From an uncultured Candidatus Bathyarchaeia archaeon (lineage in GTDB: Archaea; Thermoproteota; Bathyarchaeia; Bathyarchaeales; Bathyarchaeaceae): a stretch of DNA of 64,000 nt. Under the pieces are notes generated by a model. The model was not told where the DNA came from. It saw nothing but the letters and a program-made list of their open reading frames with translations, and did no database searches. The position numbers were made by a program, and so were the translations under genes. Of this stretch, positions 36,667-44,793 are shown piece by piece. Each line of letters starts with the position of its first letter. Position 1 is the stretch's first letter. The DNA lies in the NCBI GenBank assembly GCA_964655075.1, contig CAZZLD010000001.1, positions 239,682 to 303,681 of the forward strand, written 5' to 3'.

Positions 36667-37971
36667 ATGCTAAGCCCTGGGAAAACACTTCGATTAAGCA
36701 AGATCCTAGATCCCGACGACGGCAGAGGCGTTGTGGTTGCAGCCGACCACGGCTTCATGCTGGGCTCAATAAAAGGCATTTTCGACCTTGAAAAAACTTT
36801 GAGACGTGTTATCGCGGGAGGACCCGAGGCGGTGTTACTGAGCCCTGGGCAAACTGCGCGCTTGGGTTACCTGTTTCATGGACAAAAAGCTCCAGCTATT
36901 CTCGTTAGGGCTGATTGGACAAACGCATTTAGAACCAAAAAATATGCCCTCCCGACTCGTACCATCGGACGTGCGATGGCAGCCACCGCAAGGGATGCTC
37001 TGTCCCTAGGCGCCTCCGGCATAGTAACCTACTACTTTATCGGGTGCAACGATGAGATCGAAGCGCGGAATTTCGAGTTAATGGCCACGTTCGCAAGGGA
37101 GTGCGACGAGATTGGGCTGCCCTTCATAGTTGAGCCGCTCCCATTTGGTGAACGTGTGACGGGGGCAAACCAAGCTGAGTTGATCTTGACGTCGGTCAGG
37201 ATGGCTGTGGAAGCCGGAGCGGACGCCATCAAAACATCCTACACAGGAGATGTCACAACGTTTAGGAACGTAGTGAAGTCTGCAGGTGCCCCTGTTCTCG
37301 TTCTAGGAGGGGCTAAGGCGAGGACCATGCGGGATGCATTTGAAGTCGTAGCTGAAGCCCTTGAAGCAGGGGCTTCGGGGGTGGTTTACGGTCGACAAGT
37401 TGTTCAAGCCGAGGATCCAGCTGAGTTTGTTAGGTCTGTTAGGGCTGTTGTGCATGAAGGAAAAAGCGTGCGTGCTGTATGCGGTGTACATGCAGAACCG
37501 ATCAGATGGCAGATAGATGTTGAAAAGTGTACGGGATGCCGTATGTGCGAAGTAGCATGTGCTTTTCGTCACGAACAAAACTTCTCATTTTCAAAGGCTA
37601 GGATCCGCGTGGAATCCTCATCTGAAGAGGGTTATCAACCGATCCTATGCTCACTTTTGCTTAAGTGCACGCATTCCATGATTAATTCTCTCTCGCCTTC
37701 CTTAACCTCTTCAGTCCACCATCCGGTGTGCGTAGAAGCATGCGGTAGGGAAGCGCTCACCGTTAACCCTACGACGGGATATCTTCAGCTTAGAGTAGAA
37801 AGGTGTTCTGGTTGTAAAAAATGTGTTAAGGCGTGTCCGTTGCATGTAATTCGATTCGACGAAGAAAGGAAGATACCATTAGTTTGCGATATGTGCGAAG
37901 GATCGCCTGAGTGTGTTGAGTGGTGCCAACCTAAAGCCTTAGTGGTCGTTGAGCCAGAAAGTAAAGGCTAA
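36667..37971 (+). CDS. DhnA-family class I aldolase fused to a 16-Cys (four x [4Fe-4S]-type) ferredoxin module
   Basis: The N-terminal ~265 aa have AADHGFMLG and GADAIKTSYTG (Lys codon 37231-37233). The C-terminus has CTGCRMCEVAC, CSLLLKC...PVCVEAC, CSGCKKCVKACP and CDMCEGSPECVEWC. Confidence 0.75.
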   Translation: MLSPGKTLRLSKILDPDDGRGVVVAADHGFMLGSIKGIFDLEKTLRRVIAGGPEAVLLSPGQTARLGYLFHGQKAPAILVRADWTNAFRTKKYALPTRTIGRAMAATARDALSLGASGIVTYYFIGCNDEIEARNFELMATFARECDEIGLPFIVEPLPFGERVTGANQAELILTSVRMAVEAGADAIKTSYTGDVTTFRNVVKSAGAPVLVLGGAKARTMRDAFEVVAEALEAGASGVVYGRQVVQAEDPAEFVRSVRAVVHEGKSVRAVCGVHAEPIRWQIDVEKCTGCRMCEVACAFRHEQNFSFSKARIRVESSSEEGYQPILCSLLLKCTHSMINSLSPSLTSSVHHPVCVEACGREALTVNPTTGYLQLRVERCSGCKKCVKACPLHVIRFDEERKIPLVCDMCEGSPECVEWCQPKALVVVEPESKG

Positions 37972-38019
37972 ATTGTATGGAGGATGATCGCGGCCGTGGG
38001 TTTAGAAAACAGGGGTTAC

Positions 38020-39834
38020 ATGGACAAGATTCTTCATGTAAACTTAACAGATAAATCCCATAGAGTAGAACAAATCGACGAGAAGATAGTTCGTCTTTTA
38101 TTGGGTGGTAAGGGCCTGGGAACGTGGTTGCTTTACAAATTAACCGAGAAGGGCACTAAGCCCCTTTCTGCCGACAACCCCCTGATATTCGCAACGGGGC
38201 CGCTGACAGGAACCATCGCGCCGACCAGCAGTAAATTCTGCGTCGTAACAAGGAGCCCAGCCACGGGAACAATGGATGATGCGTACTGTGGCGGGTTTTT
38301 TGGTTCAGAATTGAAATTTGCGGGATACGACGTTGTTGTCATAATGGGAAAAGCTGAAGAACCTTCTGTCTTGGTTATTGAGGATAGCGACGTTAGTATT
38401 CAACCTGCTAATGACCTGTGGGGGGCAACGACCTTTGACACATACCGGACTCTTAGGAAACGTCTCGGAAAGAGATACCAAGCTGCTGTGATAGGTCCCG
38501 CTGGTGAGAGGCAGGCTCTCATAGCCAGCATTTTCGTAGACACACGAACAGCGGGGAGGGGGGGTACTGGAGCAGTTATGGGTTCAAAGAATTTGAAGGC
38601 GGTTGCAGTTAGGGGGACCGGGAGCGTTCAAGTGAATGATCTTGAAGAATTCAAGAAAGCCACTTGGATTGCCTATCGAACGTTGAGGATGAACGAGGTC
38701 ACTGTGAGAAGTATGCCCCTTTATGGAACTGCGAATATAGTGGAAACTATAAATGAAACGGGCGCCTTTCCCACCCGAAACTTTCAGACAGGCAGATTTG
38801 AAGATGTAGAAAAGATTTCTGGTGAAAGCTTTCGTGCGGATCCTTGGAAGAAGGACATAGCTTGCAGTTTAGGGTGCACGATTATTTGTAGCAAGATCGC
38901 TTGTTTGAAAGAGCCGTATAGAGGCGTAGAGGTTGATGGCCCAGATTATGAGACTGTCTACAGTCTCGGATCCAACTGCGGGGTTAGCGATAAGGATGCT
39001 ATAACCTATGCCAACCTTCTATGCGATCTCTACGGGATAGATACCATTAGCACGGGCGTCATTATCTCCTTTGTTATGGAACTATATCAGAGAGGGATGA
39101 TTAGCATCGACGATTTAGATGGCATCGAAGCAACATGGGGAAACTCAGATGCATTGGTGAAATTGAGTGAAAAAATCGGGAAGGGCGAAGGAATCGGCGA
39201 ATTACTACAACTTGGAGTTAGAAGAATAAGCGAGAAGTATCCGGGCAGCGAAGGCTTTGCCATGCACGTTAAAGGCTTAGAGATGCCTGGCTATGACCCC
39301 CGCGCAGCTCAGGGCATGGGATTATGCTACGCCATATCGGAACGCGGAGCATGTCATCTGAGGGCTTTCACCGCTGGCAGAGAGTTATGCGGCTATGGAG
39401 GTGGCACCGATCCGCTTTCCTACGATCATGCGAAGGTTCAACTGGCAATAGATCAACAAGATGAAAAGGCGGTGGTGGATTCTTCGGTGCTATGCTTCTT
39501 TAACTTATTCGGCATGACCTTGAAAGAGGTTTATCAGATGCTGACGCCATGCACTGGCTTTGAATACGGTGGATATGCGGGCCTAAAGAGGTTGGGTGCC
39601 CGGGTCATAACACTCACTAGAATATTTAACGCTCGAGAAGGCTTTGGAAAAAAGGACGACACGTTACCTCCAAGATTTCTGAAGGAACCTATGACAGAAG
39701 GCCCAGCTAAGGGCATGGTAGTCCACTTAGAACCCATGTTAACAGCGTATTACGACATCAGAGGATGGGATGAGGACGGGATTCCTACCAAGGAAACGTT
39801 GAAGAAACTCAGCTTAGATCAAATTCTCAGTTGA
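38020..39834 (+). CDS. aor: Aldehyde:ferredoxin oxidoreductase family (tungstopterin) enzyme
   Basis: MDKILHVNLTD...LLGGKGLGTWLL (AOR_N), GTGAVMGSKNLKAV, CYAISERGACHLRAF, EKAVVDSSVLCFF. The ATG at 38020 is preceded by a purine-rich aggggt. Confidence 0.85.
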   Translation: MDKILHVNLTDKSHRVEQIDEKIVRLLLGGKGLGTWLLYKLTEKGTKPLSADNPLIFATGPLTGTIAPTSSKFCVVTRSPATGTMDDAYCGGFFGSELKFAGYDVVVIMGKAEEPSVLVIEDSDVSIQPANDLWGATTFDTYRTLRKRLGKRYQAAVIGPAGERQALIASIFVDTRTAGRGGTGAVMGSKNLKAVAVRGTGSVQVNDLEEFKKATWIAYRTLRMNEVTVRSMPLYGTANIVETINETGAFPTRNFQTGRFEDVEKISGESFRADPWKKDIACSLGCTIICSKIACLKEPYRGVEVDGPDYETVYSLGSNCGVSDKDAITYANLLCDLYGIDTISTGVIISFVMELYQRGMISIDDLDGIEATWGNSDALVKLSEKIGKGEGIGELLQLGVRRISEKYPGSEGFAMHVKGLEMPGYDPRAAQGMGLCYAISERGACHLRAFTAGRELCGYGGGTDPLSYDHAKVQLAIDQQDEKAVVDSSVLCFFNLFGMTLKEVYQMLTPCTGFEYGGYAGLKRLGARVITLTRIFNAREGFGKKDDTLPPRFLKEPMTEGPAKGMVVHLEPMLTAYYDIRGWDEDGIPTKETLKKLSLDQILS

Positions 39835-39922
39835 AGCATTCACATCACATGAACAGATGGCTACGATAGATACATGTCAGATTTACGGAAGATTTTTAAA
39901 TAGCTAGTATTGATTATTAATT

Positions 39923-41269
39923 ATGAATAAGAAATTTGTTCTTATGGTTTTTACGTCAGTGTTTTTGCTATTGGCGACGCTTGGAGCACAATTTATAATG
40001 CCAGCCACAGCACAACCAGCGATAATAAACGTGCCAAAGGATTATCCAACCATACAAGCGGCTATAAATGCGGCAAGTTCAGGAGACATCATTAATGTTT
40101 CTTCAGGAACATACATCGAGCATGTAGTCGTGAACAAGTCTATATCGCTTATCGGAGAAAACAGAAGCACCACCATAATCGACGGCAACATGACTGGCAC
40201 TGTTCTTAGTGTGAGTGCGGATGACGTTGAAATTACTGGGTTCACGATACAAAATGGTAGTCGCCCTTATGGGGACGGTTCTGAGTACGGCATCCTCGTA
40301 TCCTCTTCCAAGAATATCACAATCAGTGGAAACATAATTTTCTATAATGATGCTGCCATTTTCCTAAACTATTCAAGTGGCAACATAATCAATGACAATA
40401 CAATATCAATCTATGGTTGGGGAGGCATTATCTTGGAGTGGTCTTATGACAACGTAATCAAAGACAACAAAATCGACAGCGGAGGCGGCCTTGCTCAAGT
40501 TGGCGTTGGCCTTTACTTTTCCAGTCATAACGTTATTTCTGGCAACTCGATATTGAACAACGGCTATATAGGCATTAGCGTTTCATGGGAAAGCCAGTTA
40601 AACAGGGTCATTGGCAATACCATAACGAAAAGCGGAGTAGCCGGCATCGCTTTTGTTTCTGGAAACACTTTTTACCACAACAATCTCATTAACGATGGGG
40701 CAGGCGGTGATGGACCGAATACTTGGGATAATGGTGCTGAGGGCAACTATTGGAGCGACTACAATGGTACAGACACAAATGGCGATGGCATAGGCGACAC
40801 ACCCTACATAATTAATGAAAACAACCAAGATAATTATCCTTTGATTTTTCCAGTTGTCTGGAACTATTCTAATCCTATTCCAGTCCTTTGGCAGGGAACA
40901 ACCTATCCTGTGGAAATATCTAGCAACTCCACAATCTCGACGTTCAAATTCAACCATCCTCAAATGCAGATAAGCTTTAACGCTACAGGTCCATCTGGCA
41001 CAGTTGGCTTCTGCAATGTTACTATTCCAAAGGCCCTTCTAGGAGCTAATGAGACCCATCCGTGGCAAGCACTTTTAGACGGCGCCCCCATAAACTACAC
41101 CAAAACAGAAAACGAAACCCACACAACCCACCACGTCCAGATAATCGGAACCTCAGTGACGCCGGAATTCCCCACAACCCTGATCTTGCCCCTACTCATG
41201 ATCATCGCCCTAGCCGCAGCCATATTAGGAAAGACTATTCACTCAAACAGAAAACTACATTGCCACTGA
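39923..41269 (+). CDS. Secreted right-handed beta-helix (NosD/PbH1-repeat) surface protein with a PEF-CTERM-like sorting signal
   Basis: N-terminal signal peptide. Repeats: ISGNIIFYN..., IKDNKI..., ISGNSILNN..., VIGNTITKS.... The C-terminus is ...VTPEFPTTLILPLLMIIALAAAILGKTIHSNRK (PEF at 41162-41170, then a TM helix, then a basic tail). Many N-x-S/T sequons. Confidence 0.7.
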   Translation: MNKKFVLMVFTSVFLLLATLGAQFIMPATAQPAIINVPKDYPTIQAAINAASSGDIINVSSGTYIEHVVVNKSISLIGENRSTTIIDGNMTGTVLSVSADDVEITGFTIQNGSRPYGDGSEYGILVSSSKNITISGNIIFYNDAAIFLNYSSGNIINDNTISIYGWGGIILEWSYDNVIKDNKIDSGGGLAQVGVGLYFSSHNVISGNSILNNGYIGISVSWESQLNRVIGNTITKSGVAGIAFVSGNTFYHNNLINDGAGGDGPNTWDNGAEGNYWSDYNGTDTNGDGIGDTPYIINENNQDNYPLIFPVVWNYSNPIPVLWQGTTYPVEISSNSTISTFKFNHPQMQISFNATGPSGTVGFCNVTIPKALLGANETHPWQALLDGAPINYTKTENETHTTHHVQIIGTSVTPEFPTTLILPLLMIIALAAAILGKTIHSNRKLHCH

Positions 41270-41303
41270 AAATCGGTAGTAATGCAGCACAGATAGCGCG
41301 CGC

Positions 41304-42368
41304 TCATGCATACGTTTTGAATGGTCTGCGGTATTGAGGTTCTTTCATAATCTTGGCTACAGCGTTTGCGTATTCTAACCCTTCTTTCACTGGGACCCCC
41401 CAGAAATTCCTTCCTATGATTCTTCCCTCGGCACCAGCGTTCATAACTATTCTTGTCATGGAGGTAAGTTCCTTTTTTGGATCGCCTTTTATCTTTGGAC
41501 CGCCAGAAACAACCACAAAAGACCTTGGTACAGCATCTACAACCAACTTCATTCTATGCGTATGCTGTTTTTCTGTCAATTCTCTGCCTTTTTCTGGCTC
41601 AAGCTTTCGATATTCTTCTGCTTCAGGTGTTGTCTTCGTCAGTTTTTTCAGATAATTAAAATATGCTTCTCTCTTTTCTTCTTTCACAGGCGCGGGAAAT
41701 TTTGTTTTTATGATGTCTGCACCTAAAGACTCGGCGACGACGCAGGCGTAATGCACCCAATATAGGCTATCAGCGCCGATCTCATCTACACCTGGTCCTC
41801 TCGCATACGCCCACACCACTGCAGGCATACCGTACATGTGGGCTTCTCTGATTATGTCGCCTATCCTCGTCATATCCTCTCTCGTCATCTCGGAGCCGGG
41901 GTAGAATGTCATACCAATTGCTGTAGCCCCTAATCTTATCGCATCTTCAACGCTCCCTATTGTTGAAGGTATAGCAGGGTTTTGTGGCATCATCATGTGA
42001 CCATCAAGCTTGTATATTAACGGAATATCTAGCCTCAGAAGATCCTGATATTTATCCACAATTCCAGGATGCAGAACAACCGCAGAAAAATCGCCTCTGT
42101 TAGCCAATTCAATAACTGTTCTAGGGTCAGCAGATCCCTGACCAGTTGTAGCGACTTTTGTAACGTCTTTTTTTGACCACTTAAAAGTGTGTACCGCTCC
42201 ATGCTCCACCAACTGATCGAAGGGTAAGCTCAAAAAAGTTCCTCCACCGGGCCCATTTTCGTAGAGCATTTTATGTAGTCTTTCCATTCTTCCCCTACCC
42301 AAATGAGTTAATTTCTCAAGTCTTGGCCTGCCTGAAATATTAACTGCAACATTTTCTTCTTTACTCAT
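41304..42368 (-). CDS. fbaB: Class I fructose-bisphosphate aldolase, long DhnA/FbaB type
   Basis: LSLPFDQLVEHG, VVWAYARG, GADIIKTKF and IIGRNFWG parallel E. coli FbaB LSILPVDQGVEHS, VLWAYLR, GADIVKQK and ILGRKAFK. The start is set at the ATG at 42368 (MSKEEN). Confidence 0.8.
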   Translation of the reverse strand: MSKEENVAVNISGRPRLEKLTHLGRGRMERLHKMLYENGPGGGTFLSLPFDQLVEHGAVHTFKWSKKDVTKVATTGQGSADPRTVIELANRGDFSAVVLHPGIVDKYQDLLRLDIPLIYKLDGHMMMPQNPAIPSTIGSVEDAIRLGATAIGMTFYPGSEMTREDMTRIGDIIREAHMYGMPAVVWAYARGPGVDEIGADSLYWVHYACVVAESLGADIIKTKFPAPVKEEKREAYFNYLKKLTKTTPEAEEYRKLEPEKGRELTEKQHTHRMKLVVDAVPRSFVVVSGGPKIKGDPKKELTSMTRIVMNAGAEGRIIGRNFWGVPVKEGLEYANAVAKIMKEPQYRRPFKTYA

Positions 42369-42514
42369 GTCCTGATCACCACAGCACTTGATTCTTAAAT
42401 GGCTTAGAGAATATAACACCATAGCATTACATATAAATTTTTTATCGCATTTTCGATGCTTTTGCTTATGCTATGCGTGTGCGCGTTTTCACCAACTTTC
42501 CGCTAGCCAACTCT

Positions 42515-43546
42515 TCAGGTTAGTGAGAAGAATTTCGTTAACTCGAATAGATCTTCTCCCACGGTTTTCAATTTCTTGGTCGTGTCCTCCAGTTTAACCG
42601 CAACAATTTTGGTTCCTTGGAGAGCAGCTACGTGACCGAATTTCCTTTGTTTGACTAGATCGACCGCAAAAAAACCTAAACGGATGCCTAAGATTCTGTC
42701 GAAAGCGTCAGGCGAACCGCCCCTCTGTAAGTGCCCAAGAACCACTGACCTCGTTTCTTTTCCGGTTCTTTTAGCGATTTCCTTCTCTAGAACGTCAGCT
42801 ATGCCGCCTAATCTAACATGCCCAAACTCGTCTGTTTCCTCGCTTACAGTAATTAGGTCGTCCAGATTTTTAGTTTTGGCGCCTTCCGCAACCGCAACGA
42901 TACTGTATCTTTTTCCTTTGGCTTCACGTTTGTTTATGACATTGCAAACTTCTTTAATGTCGAAAGACTGTTCGGGGAGCAAAATCACGTGGGCTCCACC
43001 TGCTAAACCGGCCATCAGAGTCATCCATCCCGCGTGGCGACCCATAACTTCGACGACTATTACCCGATGATGCGATTTGGCTGTTGTGCGAAGTGAGCTG
43101 ATCGCTTCTGCTGCGGTGGATACTGCCGATTCGAACCCTATAGAATAGTCTGTGGCTGAAAGATCGTTGTCGACGGTTTTTGGCACTCCAACCGCTGGAA
43201 CTCCCATTTTGACAAGTTTAGAGGCGGCGCCTAGAGTGTCGTCCCCTCCGATGACGATTAAGGCGTCTATACCGAATTTCTTAATGGTTTCCATTACTTT
43301 TTTCGGGCCGCCCTCTGTTTTGAATGGGTTTGTTCGTGATGTTCCTAAGATGGTTCCTCCAACTTGGAAGATGCCTTCAACATCGTCAAGTGACAGCGGT
43401 TTAATGTCTCCGTTGATTAGACCTGCGTAGCCGTTTAGAATCCCTAAAACTTCGTATCCGTATTCAACAGCTCTAGTGACAACAGCTTGTATTGCGGCGT
43501 TTAATCCTGGACAGTCGCCGCCACCAGTAATAACAGCTATTTTCAT
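42515..43546 (-). CDS. pfp: 6-phosphofructokinase, pyrophosphate-dependent type by signature residues
   Basis: MKIAVITGGGDCPGLNAAI. It has GGDDTLG (Asp at the E. coli PfkA Gly104 position) and VPKTVDNDL (Lys at the Gly124 position), the two residues classically linked to PPi rather than ATP use. Confidence 0.75.
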   Translation of the reverse strand: MKIAVITGGGDCPGLNAAIQAVVTRAVEYGYEVLGILNGYAGLINGDIKPLSLDDVEGIFQVGGTILGTSRTNPFKTEGGPKKVMETIKKFGIDALIVIGGDDTLGAASKLVKMGVPAVGVPKTVDNDLSATDYSIGFESAVSTAAEAISSLRTTAKSHHRVIVVEVMGRHAGWMTLMAGLAGGAHVILLPEQSFDIKEVCNVINKREAKGKRYSIVAVAEGAKTKNLDDLITVSEETDEFGHVRLGGIADVLEKEIAKRTGKETRSVVLGHLQRGGSPDAFDRILGIRLGFFAVDLVKQRKFGHVAALQGTKIVAVKLEDTTKKLKTVGEDLFELTKFFSLT

Positions 43547-43688
43547 TCACCAATTCTCCCTACACTGCAAAGCTTAACCGTAGTTTGGATCTGCGGGTCA
43601 TGAACTCCTTAGCTTTCCATTTATTTACGCTAGCGCCTCTTTAAAAGTTTTATTTCAGTTGAATCAAATTAGAGAGGAGGACGCTGAA

Positions 43689-44195
43689 ATGAGCACGGGT
43701 AAGTTGACGGTTATATCTGCGAAGATACCTGAAGAAGTTTACAAGGAATTTGTTCTTCGCGTGCCGGAAGGGGAAAGAAGCAGTTTCATTCGAGACGCTG
43801 TACTTGAGAAACTGCAGAAGGTCCCTCGCCCCGACAAAATTTTCGAGTTGGAAAATAAAATTAACAAACTTGAAGGTTCATTGGCTGAAGTGAAAAAGTA
43901 CTTGGCTGAACTTGAGATTCTGACTCTTGAACGAGGAAAAACGAACCCCTACTCCTTCTGCATCGACGACATCGACCGCAAGATCATGGACTTCCTTCTT
44001 CAACATAGAGGCGCCACAACCAGTGAGCTGGCTGAAACTCTGGGAACAAACCGCTGGTTGATCTTGAACCGCCTGAAAAAAATTGAAAAACGATCTCGGA
44101 AGCAGCTCGGAAAGTCTATTGTTGAATACGACGCGGGGATGAGGTCTAGGAAGAGAAAGGCGTGGTGGATAGACGTAGAAGTTGTAGAAACCTAG
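43689..44195 (+). CDS. Putative transcriptional regulator (N-terminal RHH + C-terminal winged helix)
   Basis: KLTVISAKIPEEVYKEFVLRVPEGERSSFIRDAVLEKL is RHH-like. DRKIMDFLLQHRGATTSELAETLGTNRWLILNRLKKIEK is wHTH-like. The ATG at 43689 follows gagaggagg. Confidence 0.5.
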   Translation: MSTGKLTVISAKIPEEVYKEFVLRVPEGERSSFIRDAVLEKLQKVPRPDKIFELENKINKLEGSLAEVKKYLAELEILTLERGKTNPYSFCIDDIDRKIMDFLLQHRGATTSELAETLGTNRWLILNRLKKIEKRSRKQLGKSIVEYDAGMRSRKRKAWWIDVEVVET

Positions 44196-44250
44196 ACCAG
44201 AAGAGATTTAAGCACTTTAACTATGCTAGTGAAAGAGGGTAAAAAAAAAA

Positions 44251-44490
44251 GTGTCTAAGAGCCCTTTGAAAGCGTATGTTTTAGCTAGTGTAAAACGTGG
44301 AAGCGAACATGACGCTGTTATGAGGATTCGAGGAATTAAGGGCGTCACAGAAGCCCTCATCACCTATGGAATGTGGGACCTCATCGCGCGTATCGAAACA
44401 GAAAGCCTGAAAAAACTCGACAACATCATCAACAGCATAAGGCAACTCCCAGAAATTGAACAAACAAACACACTTATCGGCGCTACATAA
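44251..44490 (+). CDS. Stand-alone Lrp/AsnC-type ligand-binding (RAM) domain protein
   Basis: 79 aa: AYVLASVKRGSEHDAVMRIRGIKGVTEALITYGMWDLIARIETESLKKLDNII...TNTLIG. Confidence 0.6.
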   Translation: MSKSPLKAYVLASVKRGSEHDAVMRIRGIKGVTEALITYGMWDLIARIETESLKKLDNIINSIRQLPEIEQTNTLIGAT

Positions 44491-44574
44491 ACCAAAAATT
44501 CTCCGCCAACCCATTACTTCTGAGCTTAAACAACAGATTAATTACTTTGTTTTCGGTACGTAATCCATTATCAG

Positions 44575-44685
44575 GGGCCCGTAGCCCAGTACGGATTAAG
44601 GCGCCGAACCGCTGGAATGAAACAGGAGCGGTGCGTAAGCCTCCGGAGCCGGAAACCCGGGGTTCAAATCCCCGCGGGCCCGCCA
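44575..44685 (+). tRNA. tRNA-Arg (anticodon CCG) with a predicted 32-nt intron at non-canonical position 29/30; CCA encoded
   Basis: Hand-folded. Acceptor GGGCCCG/CGGGCCC; D arm GCCC-AGUACGGAUUA-AGGC; T arm CGGGG-UUCAAAU-CCCCG; discriminator G; CCA. Removing 44607-44638 gives the anticodon arm CCGGC-CUCCGGA-GCCGG (U33, CCG, G37), 76 nt plus CCA. The same CCGGC 5' anticodon stem occurs in the second tRNA-Arg. Confidence 0.75.
44607..44638 (+). other. Predicted tRNA intron (position 29/30)
   Basis: This is the only excision I found that restores a canonical cloverleaf. Exon bases 44601-44604 can pair with 44631-44634 next to a bulge at the 5' splice site. The 3' side is only a relaxed bulge-helix-bulge. 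Confidence 0.55.
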
Positions 44686-44793
44686 CAGCGTATCTTCTTT
44701 TCGCAGGAGCACAACCGAAGTTCTTTCGAAGCGCTTTAAAGGTAACGGAAGTATTAAATTGTCTTAGCCCCTAAAGAATGAAGCGGATCTGAC

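Noticed and set aside
37650-37740. Possible frameshift or intervening sequence inside the ferredoxin module (Ser-rich THSMINSLSPSLTSSVHH between Cys ligands)
   Set aside because: The frame stays open, the flanking Cys motifs are in register (16 Cys in total), and the segment is far too short for an intein. I treat it as a loop insertion and mention it under the main finding only.
44657-44685. 29-nt identity between the 3' ends of the two tRNA genes (also 51231-51259, inverted) as possible att sites of an integrated element
   Set aside because: The identity is explained by the two genes being tRNA-Arg isoacceptors with the same T arm and acceptor stem. The interval between them holds core genes (mtnA, endA, hisS, the DGGGP synthase gene) and no integrase.
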